Of a DNA stretch of 64,000 nt, positions 37,201 through 49,684 are shown piece after piece (the stretch's first letter is position 1; each line of letters opens with the position of its first letter). The stretch lies in contig NC_052152.1 of the NCBI RefSeq assembly GCF_902713615.1, forward strand, positions 41,701,810-41,765,809, written 5' to 3'. The DNA comes from Scyliorhinus canicula. Lineage: Eukaryota. Below the pieces are notes generated by a model. It made no database searches. It was not told where the DNA came from and was given only the letters and a program-made list of their open reading frames with translations. Position numbers and translations under genes: made by a program.

Positions 37201-39230
37201 CCAATCCAGGCAGCATCCTGGTAAATCTCCTTTGCACCCTTTCCAATGCTTCCACATCCTTCCTATAATGAGGTGACCAGAACTGCACACAATGGTACAT
37301 TAGTCACTGGTTGCCATCCTGAACAAGACCCCTTTATCCCCACTCTCTGCCTTCTACTAGTCAGCCAATCCTCTATCCATGCCAGGATCTTAGACTTAAT
37401 ACCATGGGCTCGTAATTTATTTAACAGTCTCCTCTGCAGCACCTTGTCAAAGGCCTTCTGGAAATCTAAATAAATCACATCTACTGGTTCGCCTTTATCT
37501 AACTTCCTCGTTACTTCCTCAAAGAACTCTAACAGATTTGTCAGACATGACCTCCCCTTGACAAAGCAGTGCTGACTCAGTCCTATTTTATCATGCACTT
37601 CCAAGTACTCCGCAATCCCATCTTAAATAATGGACTCTGAAATCTTACCAATGACCGAAGTCAGGCTAACCAGCCTATAATTTCTTGTCTTCTTCCTCCC
37701 TCCTTTCTTAAACAGTGGTGTTATATTAGCCACTTTCCAGTCCTCTGGGACCCTTCCTGCCTCCAGTGATTCTGAAAGATCATCACCAATGCCTCCACAA
37801 TCTCCTGAGCTGTCACTTTTAGAACCCTGGGGTATAGTCCATCCGGTCCAAGTGATTTATACACCGTCAGACCTTTCAGTTTCCCCAGAACCTTCTCCTT
37901 AGTAATGGTCACTGCACTCACCTCTGCCCCTGATTTTCCTGGCATTCCACTGGTGTCTTCCACCGTGAAGACTGACGCAAAGTAAATATTCAATTCGGCT
38001 GCAATTTCTTTGTTTCTTTTTATTACTTCTCCAGCCACATTTTCCAGTGGTCTGATGTCTTTTTTGCCTCTCTCTAACCTTTTATATATTGAAAACCCTT
38101 CCTATCTTCCTTTATATTACTAGCTTGCTTGCACTCATACTTCATCTCCCCCCCCCCCCCCCCCCATTGCTTTTTTAGTTGCCCTCTGCTTGCTTTTAAA
38201 AGCTTCCCACTAATGCTTGCCATTTTGTATGCTTTTTCTTTAGTTTTTATGCTGTCCTCGACTTCCCTCGTCAGTCATGGATGCCTTGGCCTCACCTTAG
38301 CATGTTTCCTCCTCCTTGGGATGAATTTCTGTTGTGCCTCCCGAATAACCCCCCCCATCCCAAAACCCCTGCCATTGTTGTTCCACTCTCTCCCTGCGAG
38401 GCTCCTTTTCCAATCAACTCTGGCCAGCTCCTCCCTCATGTCTTTGTAGTTACCCCTGTTTAATTGTAATATCGTTACATCTGATTCTAGCTTCTCCTTC
38501 TCAAACTGCAGGGTACATTCTATCATATTGTGGTCACTGCTCGCGAACAGTTCCTTCACCGCAAGTTCCCTAATCAAGTCTGCCCCATTACACATGAAAT
38601 TCAGAATTGCCTGTTCCCTAGTGGGTTCTGTCACAAGCTGCTCCAAAAAACTCTCTCTTAAGACATTCCACAAAATGCTATTCTTGGGATCCTCTACCAA
38701 CCTGATTTTTCCCAGTCCACCTGCATATTGAAGTCCCCCATGATTATTGTAATATTGCCTTTTTTACATGCCTTTTCTATCTCCTGATTTATTTTCTGCC
38801 CCACCTCCTGACTACTGCTAGGGGGCCTGTACATAACTTCCATCAGGGTCTTTTTACCTTTACAATTCCTCAACTCTACCCCCAGAGATTCTATGTCTTC
38901 TGATCCTATATCACTCCTTGCTATCGATTTAACTTCATTCCTTACTAACAATGCAGCCCCATCCCCTTTGCCCATCTGCCTGCCCTTTCGATAGGACACA
39001 TATCCTTGGATATTTAGATCCCAGCCCTGATCCCCTTGCAGCCACATCTCTGTGATGCCCACAACATTGTACTGGCCAATTTCAATGTGCACAACAAGCT
39101 CATTTGCCTTGTTCCGCATACTGCGTGCATTTAGGTACAACACCCTCAATCCTGCATTGGCCACCGATGCACAATCCTGCATGGACCACACCATACTTAT
39201 ATGATGAAGCCTCAAGGTTGGCCCACAAAC
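34255..39230 (-). mobile_element. Nested cluster of at least three CR1 LINEs (host EN-RT plus inserts at about 34493-36145 and 36777-37293)
   Basis: EN start VLYLNARSMRNK at 39130; several RT ORFs (35250-36152, 37263-37604); internal (ACATAGA)n tails at 34493 and 36777; GGTA repeated either side of the 36777 insert. Confidence 0.85.
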
Positions 39231-40811
39231 TGATCAATATCTAGCCTTTCCTGTTAAGCATAAAGACAGCTATAATCCTTGAAGTGCTATTACCATTTGT
39301 TAAACCATACTGAATGCTCAACCATTGCAACTTTGCATGTAAATTTTACCAAGAGATTCTGTTTCTGAAATTGAAAAGTAGTAAAGAATGTAAGACGTGA
39401 AAGGGAGTGGTGCTGGGAATGTCAAAACCAGGGTAAACTACAGGATTTCAGTTCCTTCACTTTTCACTCGAGCAATAGGCTGCGTGCAGCCAACTCCGTC
39501 AGGAGAGGTGGCTTGCCAATTAAATATATACATTTCTAAATTGTTAATATTTACACTTTTGAATTTACCAGATCCAATGTCTTCCTAAAACCTGCCGGTT
39601 AAAACAAGATTAGAACATGGTAGCAATTGAGAGGGTCAACTCAAGTAAATATAGCAATAAATATTCCATACACAATTGTTTTGTCTGCTAGTGGAAAAGT
39701 GGGTTTAAAGTAGTTCTGTTGAATGTACTTAGCACACTTTGGAGGATGAGTGATATTTTGGTTACCTTATATTTATCTGTGACTGGCAAAGTCACCTACA
39801 CCTGAGCATTTTTGGCTTGGATCATGCCGCTAATGATATATTCATGATCTTTAAATTTGCAGCCCACAAACACACATGACAGATAAATGATAGCTTGTTT
39901 TCCAGTGAAAGTAATTAGTTTCCAGGGAAAGCAAGTATATTAACAATGCCTGCGCTGATGCTAGTTTGAACGAGCAACTGTTCCGGGTTTGCAACTCTGT
40001 TTCACACATGTACAAGGCATCAACTGCACATGGGAAAACAGGACACCCCAGGTCACAAAGGAGTATTCATTAGCTGCAAAGGCTTTTATATGTGCAGCTG
40101 GTGTATAACCCATAAAAATATAGTTCTGCAGGCATGCACAACTGGGGAGCTGCTAAAACGGTTTCATTTTGCACTAGTTCCAGTTTCCTGACATCTTCAG
40201 AATTAAGCACACTTAAGGGGTGACTTCTGGGAGATAAGGCATAACCACTTAAACCGTGGCTGATTACACTTTACAAAAATGCAACCGTTGAAGCACAACA
40301 GTACTACAATGATTGCTACGTGACCAATCAGCAGATCACAAGCCATCAGCAAGTTAAAGATGCACTTTTAAATGCCGAGACAGATCTGGAGCCACTCTTT
40401 GATATACACCAGCCAGGGTTTCCAGAATAGTTATGGCTTACTGCACTCTGCACAATGTTATGCAGGAGAATCAAGGTGAACAACTCAGGTCCTCTGTGGC
40501 CAATTTGAAAGGGGTGTGGGGAAGACGTGATGAGGTAAATGTATCACCAGCTGCTCACACTGCTGCCTAGGATACCTTATAAATGCAAGATTAATTTTGA
40601 TTGCACTAGTGAACACCATTGTCACAAGGATTCAATAGAACCCTCCACAACGTAACTGACACAAATCATTCTTGGTTGACATCCTTGGTTTAGTGAAGGC
40701 CCCACCGAAGCCCACATAGGGACAAACCAAGCCAGCAGGAGAATGGAAAGCATGCGAGATATTGGCTGAAGTGTAAGCACCAAGTGAATTTCCTACATCT
40801 ATGTCTCGGCG

Positions 40812-41107
40812 ACAGGTCTAGCACAGTGGGTCGTACTGTTTCTTCACAGCTCAAAGGTCACGGTTCAATTCCCATCTTGGGTCACTGACTGTGCAGAGTC
40901 TGCACGTTCTCCTCGTGTCCGCCTGGGTTTCCTCCAGGTGCTCCAGTTTCCTACCACAAGTCCCGAAAGACGTGCTGTTGGGTAATTTTGACATTCTGAA
41001 TTCCCCCTCAGTGTACCCGAACAGGCCGGAGTGCGGCGACGAGGGGCTTTTCACAGTAACTTTATTGCAGTGAGCCTACTTGTGACAATAATAAAGATTA
41101 TTATTAT
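40812..41107 (+). mobile_element. HE1-like SINE with (ATT)n tail
   Basis: HE1 body plus GGGGCTTTTCACAGTAAC tail. Confidence 0.8.
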
Positions 41108-42114
41108 TTGTCACTGTCCCTCATGCAGTCATCCTTATCTCAACATTACGAATGTGGAGAGCACTTTTGGATGCTGCAAAAAACAAGGTGAAGGTATGTC
41201 ATAATTTTGAAGTATCAGACATAATGATATCTAGATCTGTATGAATATTTACAATGTGCATATCTTTTAAAAAATTAAACACTTAAATTCCATGGTACTG
41301 GCCACTATCCATGTAAAAGCATATCTTAATGGCTTAGAACATTAACCCTACAGTCCTGTTTGAGGTGGACTCCTCTGCTCTGTGCAATCGTGGTGAGTGG
41401 GATTAGAAGGCTGTCAGTCCATCATACATTATTTTCTGCTCATGCTCTCAACGATTCTCTTTTACAACAATCTCTGGGTTACAGCAACTATACCCTATTG
41501 AGCAGAACTTAAAGAGGTTGTACCCTCTCACATGAAATCCCCACTGCTACCTGCACTACCACAAACCCATTGCTCACTTGTGAAGTGTAAGTGACCAGGT
41601 GAAAACCAAACCCTGTGCAAGGTCCCAGCAAAGAGCGAGCATGCGTCAAATGCACTACATCCTGCAAGGAATAGACATTTGGAATTCTTTAACTGTCAGC
41701 AGGAACTAGGATTTCCCCCTCTCCAACTCCCCCCGCTAGGCAGCCAAAAGTCTTCTGATCTCCTGTATCTCCTCTTTTACAGTTTAGATGCAAAGTGGCT
41801 AGAGGGCCATCTCCAGTTCTCCCCCTCTGCCTGATGTTCTGTACTATATTTTCTTGCAATGAAGGAAAGGACATAGTTATAAATGATTATAATGGTGTTA
41901 TGTCAATGGAATGAGTTTCAGGGAAAAACATAAAATTGCAGAGGGGTGGCAGAGTGGGAGTGATGTATGAACTGGCAGGAATATGAGGAAAGGCATAGCA
42001 GGAGGATAGATGGGCATGCAAGACAAGAAGAACTTGTGAACTATCCATTTGCAAATTGGACTGAGATTAGCAAAAATTTCCTTGAAATTTAAACTAGCCT
42101 TCTGAGAAGAAAAC

Positions 42115-42395
42115 AAAGGTGTGATGCAACGGCCATGCTGCGTCCGAAGTGCAGCTCACCGCGGCGCAGCGTGACTGATAAAAGCTAGATCTTCCCGGCA
42201 CGCAATACCTTGCGAGATCTAATGTGATCCCATTGTGGGCGGGATCACATTTTAGCAAATCTGCATGTTAGAGCGGGACTGCTAGTCTCACTTTAATACG
42301 CAATTTATTGAGGTACCCAAGGCACTGGGATCGATCCGCTTCGCATCAGAGACCTTGGCCGTTCAGTACTGGTCTCCACAAATGGGGACCAGATG
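42115..42395. mobile_element. Harbinger-like element fragment
   Basis: Aligns with about 50795-51060 (CCATGCTGC..GCAGCTC..GCGGCGCAGCGTG). Confidence 0.5.
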
Positions 42396-42399
42396 GGTT

Positions 42400-42510
42400 A
42401 CGGGTATAGGGTGGATACGTGGGTTTGAATAGGGTGATCATTGCTCAGCACAACATCGAGGGCCGAAGGGCCTGTTCTGTGCTGTACTGTTCTATGTCCT
42501 ATGTTCTATG
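42400..42510 (+). mobile_element. CR1 3' stub
   Basis: GGGCCGAAGGGCCTGTTCTGTGCTGTACTGTTCTATG end with (TTCTATG)n. Confidence 0.75.
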
Positions 42511-42570
42511 TAAGTGTGGTATAAACCAAAGTTTGCATTCAATTTTCAGCATATATTCAATTGAAAAAAG

Positions 42571-42576
42571 TTTATT
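42571..42576 (-). terminator. Candidate CIP2A polyadenylation signal AATAAA
   Basis: TTTATT on +, about 890 nt past the CIP2A stop in AT-rich non-repeat sequence. Confidence 0.4.
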
Positions 42577-43465
42577 TTCACATGAAGGAGGAGGGGGAAA
42601 GGGAAAAAAGGTGTAACACAAATTGAAAATTAGACAATATATCTAGAGATGCCACCATACATTAAAACATTATCAAAAACAGGAAGCAAAAAAGTGACAG
42701 GAATGCGCAAGTGTAATTTTTTAAAAACATATTTTTAGTTGGTTACTTTAAACCACAATCTGAAAGTTGATTTTTCTTGAATTGTAGAGCAGTGTTTCCC
42801 GAATTTGGTCAGGGACATTCATAAAAACATCGAAAAACAGATAAAATTACCATATATTTACATTGCACATAAGCTGATGAATAGCAGTTATTATTTTATG
42901 ATTAAAATACAATAATTTTTGCTAGAGTAATAGCTCTGCATTTGGAATTGGAATTCAGGACAGTAATAGGAAGACAGAATTACATCTAGCTACTAATAAA
43001 GATTATTATAATTTATCTTGAAAATTATAGTTTGTATTCTTCTCACTGAGACGCACAGATGCTCAAGTATGAGACAGCTATCTTTCAATGTCAAAGTTAT
43101 ATCTAGTCAAAAAATACAGTGCGAACATGTCTTGACCTGAACTACCTATCCAGTCAGTCAGTTTATGGCTAAAGGATGCAATATGTTACATATTGAGACT
43201 GATGATGCAATTGGAAATAATTTTGTATTACACTAAATTTAAAGACTGCAATACCACTAAGTTCCTGCCAGTAAATGAACTCAAATCAGTACCTCAGCAA
43301 TGTCAAACACTCACTTCCAAAGCAAACTTTAAAAAGAAACGAATATTAATGGTTATAAATTATTTGCTAAAAGTAATTTGTTGTTTTAATCCCATCAGGT
43401 GGATATATAATGTATCAGGCACAAGGACTAAAAACAAAGTCAAGCCCAAATCACAAGAAACAAGG

Positions 43466-43636
43466 CTACAAACTGAGATTTACTGTATTTGGCTGTAGTT
43501 TGTTACTACTCAGACTGTGAATCATTGCTATCATCTGAGAGTGCTTGTTGAGTTCATCCTGTTGGGCTTGGACAAGGGCTTCTTTTTGTTGCAATCGTGC
43601 TTCTACCTGGGATTTTTGCATTTCTAGAGATGACAA
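43466..43636 (-). CDS. CIP2A: CIP2A last coding exon [56 protein letters not shown]
   Basis: tcctgcag acceptor, phase 0, 171 nt to TAG; matches the recalled human C-terminus [17 protein letters not shown]...TVNLSI. Not in the ORF track. Confidence 0.92.
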   Translation of the reverse strand: MSSLEMQKSQVEARLQQKEALVQAQQDELNKHSQMIAMIHSLSSNKLQPNTVNLSL

Positions 43637-43674
43637 CTGCAGGACGAAACAAAATGAAAATCATATTAGGAAGG

Positions 43675-44060
43675 ACATAAAAACATAAGATCTTGGAGCA
43701 GGAGTAGGCAATTCAGCCCCTTGAGCCTGCTCCGCCATTCAATACGATCATGGCTGATCTCCTTTCGGCCTCAATACCACCTTCCTGCCCATCCTCCATA
43801 ACCCGCCAACACATTGCTAATTTAAAAAAAGTCTGTTTCTCTCCTCAAATTTACTCAATGTCCCGGCATCTATCACAATCTGGGGTAGTGAATTCCACAG
43901 ATTCACAACTCTTTGAGATAAGTAATTTCTCCTCATCTTGGTTTTAAATCTGCTATCCCTTATCCAAAAACTGTGACTTCTCGTCGTAGATTGCCCCACA
44001 AGAGGAACCATATGCTCCATGTTTACTTTGTCAATATCTTATATCACTCAATTATTCATT
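43675..44060 (-). mobile_element. CR1 3' fragment
   Basis: SRFKTKMRRNYLSQRVVNLWNSLP; ACATAAGA tail. Confidence 0.8.
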
Positions 44061-44924
44061 TTTCTAAACCTGAGAGCATATAAATCACTTTTAATCAATG
44101 TCTAGTCCAATAGCTGTGTTATACTGAACCCCATTCACTAGTTTTATTGGTGCACAGTGGACTGTTTCTTTGCAAATACTTTCTAAAAGAAATATTTGAT
44201 AGCTATTTATGGCTTTGGTCCTAAAAATGCAGCTTCAATTTTTAAAGTCAGCTTGATGACCGACAAGATAAGCAATCAGCAAAAATCTGCATTGGTTATC
44301 AATTATATCTGCTTACATGGCCAGTTTTGCAAGCAACAAATCTTGGAAACACAATCCACGTTGGAAATTAAGTGCGTTTTAAATTAGTTAGTCTTTTTGC
44401 ACCAGTTTGATCAATTTTGTGAAAATTGTACTGGAAAAAACAAACAAACCGTGAAACCTAGGAGAAACTATAGGCCAAAATATTTATTCAAATCACAACC
44501 CAAATTACTAATGAGTGCCAAAACACCATGACAAATTGAAATATTACAGAAGCTCTGCAAGAAATTGGATAAAGTTAATGCAATAGAAAACTCGAGTGGT
44601 ATGCAACATGTGAAAAATATATATTTTTTTTAAAGTTTAATAGTAATGAACTGAAAATACAATTTCAGCCAAGTCAATTAATTAAAAAAGTAAATTATGG
44701 GAGTGATTAGTTCATTTTGTCTGTTCAAAAAGCTAGAGAAAATGTGGAGAAAAATATTAGAAATTACTTCTTATTCAATAAAAAATAGCATGCGTGCAAT
44801 TATTTTCTAGGATGATTTCATCAAACACCAACTATCTACTGTTGGTTAGGTTTATTTATTTTGATCCACTTTTGTACTCATAAGGAAATATATGTTATAA
44901 ATGTTATTATCTGGCACTTTGGTA

Positions 44925-45152
44925 CGGTAAAGTCGCCATAGTCCCAGATGACCACAGGTTGCTTCCCAGTATGAGAGGGAGAGCTGACTAGCTATGATTT
45001 AACCCGAGGATCATCACACCTCAGGCGAGTGGCAAGGTTGAGAAGGCGGGCCTTCATGAATAACCTCAGTCGGAATGGGAATTGTATCCACGCTGCTGGC
45101 CTTGCTCTGCATCACAAACCTGCTGTTTAGCCCACTGAGCTAAACCGGCCCC
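44925..45152 (-). mobile_element. SINE, same family as 8529-8763
   Basis: Reverse-complement match over the full length. Confidence 0.8.
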
Positions 45153-45669
45153 TGACACAGTCAATGTGAGGACTATTCTCCTTATACTTTGGATTGATCC
45201 CAAACTCAGAATAGCACATCTTGCTGCATGAAGAATTAATTTCTGAAGTTTCCTCATCATCCATTATGGGTATTAAGCGCGAGTGCCAATTTATGTATAA
45301 TTATGTTACATGCTCCAACTTGAAAGGAATGCTATTCAAAACAACTGAAAAGGGACTATCAAATTATCCTGTGCTGAGTTCAAACGGTCGTAAGGAAACT
45401 TTCTGTTCCCTAATTAAATTTGTGTTACAAAATCGAGTCTATGCTAAAAATTCTCTCAGATTAGTCAGAGACACTGGTTTCTCCTGTAATTGGATCTGCA
45501 ACTCTTGAAATCAGCAGTTTACCGTCACTATTCAAAATTTAGTCATATCATAGAATAACTCGGGGACGAGGGCACAGGTGCCCAAACTGGATGATATTGT
45601 GATCCTCACATGCACTACTACTATCTTCTGGAAAATAGACAGATTAACCACTGTAAATACATCATTTAC

Positions 45670-45809
45670 CTTAATACTGAGCTCTTTTCTGGCTAACTCC
45701 GTCTTGCTAAGCTCCTTTCGGAGAACGTCAATAGCTTCTTCCATGTCCTCTTTCTCCTTCTCTGTTGTTTTTATTTTTTCTTGCTGTGCTTGGAGCTTTT
45801 GTTCCAAAC
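45670..45809 (-). CDS. CIP2A: CIP2A penultimate coding exon (G)[46 protein letters not shown]
   Basis: ttgacag acceptor and AAG|gtaaat donor, 140 nt, phase 1-0; matches human [27 protein letters not shown]. Confidence 0.92.
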
Positions 45810-46297
45810 CTGTCAATCGTTACAAGACAAAAGTTAAATAGTGGTTTCAGATTAATATGCAGAGTGCAGATTTATCACCGTTATTACAATCACACACGTT
45901 CTATGTATTGGATGCCTTTCTGCCACTCTGTCCTTTCTATTGACAAGGCAATATTTTCAACTTTCAAAAGGTCTCTAATAATCTAGTCCTCGAGATTTTC
46001 CAGTCCATCAGAATATCAAACTGAAGAAATGACTAAAATTTGTTATGATCCCAGTTGATGTTACCATTGGGCAGGAAGGTCTCAGAACCTGGCTGTAACT
46101 TCCACTGTTTTTTAAAAAAGAAATCGGGGATTATTAGAGTCACGGGACTGCCAATTAGCTTTTAATAACAAAAGCAAAACATTTCTAAACACAAAATGTT
46201 TGGCCATAATACAATAGTCCTTCATTCCCACTTCATAAATGTATAGATTTTAAGGGTAATGCAGGTTATAAAATATATCTTATGCTATAACGTTCTT

Positions 46298-46415
46298 AGT
46301 AAGAAGTCTTACAACACCAGGTTAAAGTCCAACAGGTTTGGACTGTTGGACTTTAACCTGGTGTTGTAAGACTTCTTACTGTGCTCACCCCAGTCCAACG
46401 CCGGCATCTCCACAT
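46298..46415. mobile_element. Penelope-like fold-back insertion
   Basis: About 41-bp inverted arms plus 3' stub; direct repeat TATAACGTTCTTAGTAAG at 46286-46303 and 46416-46433. Confidence 0.75.
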
Positions 46416-46442
46416 TATAACGTTCTTAGTAAGTGCACAGTC

Positions 46443-48910
46443 GACCTTTGGTGGCGGCCATGGTGTGAATGGTCGCACATTTGATGGCTCCCGCTCGTGG
46501 CGGTTTTTCAGACCTTTTCCCGGTTAATGGGTGGATGTCAGGAAGAAAAAAGGTGCAGGAGAGTTAGCAGAAGAGATTGACCTACTGTTATATGGAGCTG
46601 AGGGCCAGAAGCGGTCGCAAAAGAGCGGAACAGACTGCAAAAGTTGGTGCGGTGCCTGCGAGACACGTGGAGATGGGAGTGTCAGGGAGCGTCCCTGCCG
46701 GCTCAGTGGTCAACAGAGCAGCTGGTGGGCTTCCTGAATGAGAAGTTCACCAAGCAACGCAATGAGAATCTGGAAGACCTGGCACAGGCGGTGGATTCAA
46801 TTAAGGCGGTGATCGACCACGTGGAGACGAGGCTGGAGGCCCAGGGGGAACATGAGGTGGCGGGAGAACATGAGGAACAGTTTGCCTCGATGGCAGCGGA
46901 GATGGGGCTGAAGCGGGATCAGCAGAGCAATTCCAGGAGAAAGCAGAAGACCAGGAGAACCGGTCACGCAGGCAGAATGTTAGGATTGTGGGCCTGCCGG
47001 AGAAGAGTGAAGGAGCCGACGCTGGCACGTATGTGGGGAGGATGCTGGAGAAGCTGCTGGGAGAGGGAGCATTTGCACGGCCGCTGGAGGTGCATCGAGC
47101 GCATAGGGCGCTAATAAGGAAACCCGAGGCGACCAAGCCACCGAGGGCGATGGTCGTGCATTTGCACCATTTCCTGGACAAGGAGCAGATCATGAGGTGG
47201 GCCAAGCAGACTAGGCCCTGTACCTGGGACGGCAGTGAACTTCAAATATATCAGGACCTGGGTGCAGAGCTGGCCAAGAGGAGCGAGTTTCAACAAAGCC
47301 AAAGCGGCCCTCTTCAAGAAGGGGATGAAGTTTGGGATGTTGTACCCGGCACATCTGTGGGTGACTTAACAAGGCCTGGAGCTGTACATTGGGATGTCGG
47401 AGGAGGCAATAGAATTTATCAGAGAAAATGGACTGGCAGGACTTTGAACTTTGGTGAACATGCTTTGGTGCTGCGTTTAATTTGTTTGGGGCCATTGTTC
47501 GGAGGGGTAGAGGGCCTGGGGGCCCCAAATGGGCTGGTAGAAGTAGTGGAGGGGCTGGAGGCGATGCAATCGGGGAAGGCCCCGGGTCTGGATGGGTACC
47601 TGGTGGAATTCTATAAGAGGTTCTCAGGGGTAATGGGACCGCTGTTGGTAAAGGCTTTCAATGGGGCAAAGGAGCTGGCAGCACTCGCCACGACGTTGTT
47701 GCAAGCGTCGATCTCCTTCATTCTAAAGCGAGATAAAGGTCCGGAACAATGTGGGTCATATATCCCTGTTAAATGTAGATGCCAAACTATTGCCACGATC
47801 TTGGCCTCGAGGATTGAGGACTGTGTTTCAGGGGTAATAGGGGAGGACCAGACGGGGTTCGTGAAGTGGGAGGCATCTGACGGCAAACATCAGGAGGTTA
47901 CTTAATGTGCTCATGTGGGTCGCGGAGCCGTCCTTCGCGGCGCTCCCGATCGCACGAATCAGCAGCCGGCTTTTAATATCAGCGGCTGCAAGGGGCCTTC
48001 AAAATGGCCGCATATATATTTTTTTTAAAAATCGGCCGCATTGCGCATGCGCAAAACTATATAGATTTGCGCATGCACACCAATGATCAGGCGCGCAGCT
48101 GCAGTGCAGCCACTTTTTTAAAAAACAGTCGCAGCTTTTTGTTTTAATTTTTATTTCTTTTTACAAGTTCGGAGGCTTCTTTTTGATTAAATTTTACAGG
48201 GAAAAAATGCAGAACTTTGGACAGATGGAGACTCCATACTTTCCGACACTGGAAGGCTTCACTTTCATCCAACAGGTTCCATTGGAGGAGCGTGTATGAG
48301 GGCCAAAGGGACCCAAAACCATTTCCTCCATTTTTGTCAGCAGCAAACAAGGCAAGAGAAAATGGTGGGTCGCGCAGGTCGACCGGCGTGGGTCGCGCAA
48401 GTTGGCTGGTGCGGGTCCCGAAGGTTGGCCGGTTGGTAAAAATGGGTCCCCAGAAAAAAAGTTTGAAGAACACTGGCTTATGGGAATATTAGAGGAATTT
48501 GGTCATTTTTCACAGTATAAATTGAATATGGGTAAGAGTGAGGTCTTTGCAATTCAGGGGAGGGGACAGAGAAGAGATTGGGTGAGAAGCCGTTCAAGGT
48601 GGTGGTGGGGGGGGGGGGGAGAGCTTCCGGTATTTGGATATCCAGGTGGCGCGGCAGTGGGAGCAGCTGCAAAAACGGAATCTGGGTCAGTTGAAAGAAC
48701 AGATTTAATTGGACTTTTGGAGGTGGGGTGCGCTCACATTGTCATTAGTGGGGAGAGGTGGGGTTTCAGACAGTAAAAATGATGGTCCTTACGAGGTTTT
48801 TGTTCGTCTTCCAGAGCCTTCCAATTTTTATCCCCAAGGCGTTCTTTAAAGAAGTAAACACTGTGATCTGTGGATTTGTTTGGGCGGGTAAAACCCTGCA
48901 GGTGAAGGTG
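46443..48910 (+). mobile_element. Internally deleted L1/Tx1-like LINE (ORF1 and ORF2 pieces)
   Basis: 5' GGTGGCGGCCATGG start; ORF1 NVRIVGLPEKSEGAD...VHRAHRAL..PRAMVV; RT GKAPGLDGY.VEFYK.F; middle of RT missing. Confidence 0.8.
47916..48475 (-). mobile_element. hAT/Charlie-like element fragment inside the L1
   Basis: Minus strand starts CAGTGTTCTTCAAACTTTTT; repeated GGGTCGCG subterminal motifs; other end absent. Confidence 0.6.
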
Positions 48911-49050
48911 GTGGTGGGCGAGATGTTTCCAAGGTCAGCAAATCCATCCAAACGGCTCACAATACTCCAAATGGGGTCTGACCAGAGTCTTATACAGCCT
49001 CAGAAGTACATCCCTGCTCTTGTATCCTAGCCCTCTCGACATTAATGTAT

Positions 49051-49339
49051 GGGCAGCACAATGGTTAGCACAGTTGCTTCCAGGGTCCCAGGTTCGATTC
49101 CTGGCTTGAGTCACTGTCTGTGCGAAGTCTGCACGTTTTCCCTGTGTCTGCGTGGGTTTCCTCCCACAGTCCAAAGATGTGCAGGTTATGTGGATTGGCT
49201 ATGCTAAATTGCTCTTCTTGTCCAAAACAAAGGTTGGGTGGGGTTACTGGGATAGAGTAGTATAGGTAGGGTGCTCTTTTCAAGGGCCGGTGCAGACTCG
49301 ACGGGCCGAATGGCCTCCTTTTGCACTATAAATTCTCTG
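49051..49339 (+). mobile_element. HE1-like SINE inserted in a CR1 fragment
   Basis: HE1 body and CR1-like tail; ATTAATG repeated at 49041-49047 and 49340-49346. Confidence 0.8.
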
Positions 49340-49684
49340 ATTAATGCTAAGATTTCATTTGCTTTCCTGTCAACTGAACTTGCTCGTTAACGTTAAGAGA
49401 ATCTTGAACGAGAACTCCCAAGTCCTTTTGTGCGTCCCCTGAAGGTCCTCAAAGCATTATTTGTTCGATAAACAGAAAATACTACCAAGATGTTAGTAGA
49501 TATAAGAGCATGTCTGCAGTGATTCATATACAAACTGCATTCCAGATATCTGTCAGTGACTGATTACAATTCATACCCTAGTTGTGATTTTAATTTATAT
49601 GATAAATTGAATTATAATTTCCCCAATGTGTGCCTTCTTTAATTATGATGTGAAGATGTCGGCGTTGGATTGGGGTGGGCACAC

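Noticed and set aside
39356-39400. ILFLKLKSSKECKT*, a tempting cytoplasmic exon if the 22464 donor were used
   Set aside because: Acceptor is weak and preceded by a competing AG; it is 17 kb away with no homology support. Retained only as the alternative to test.
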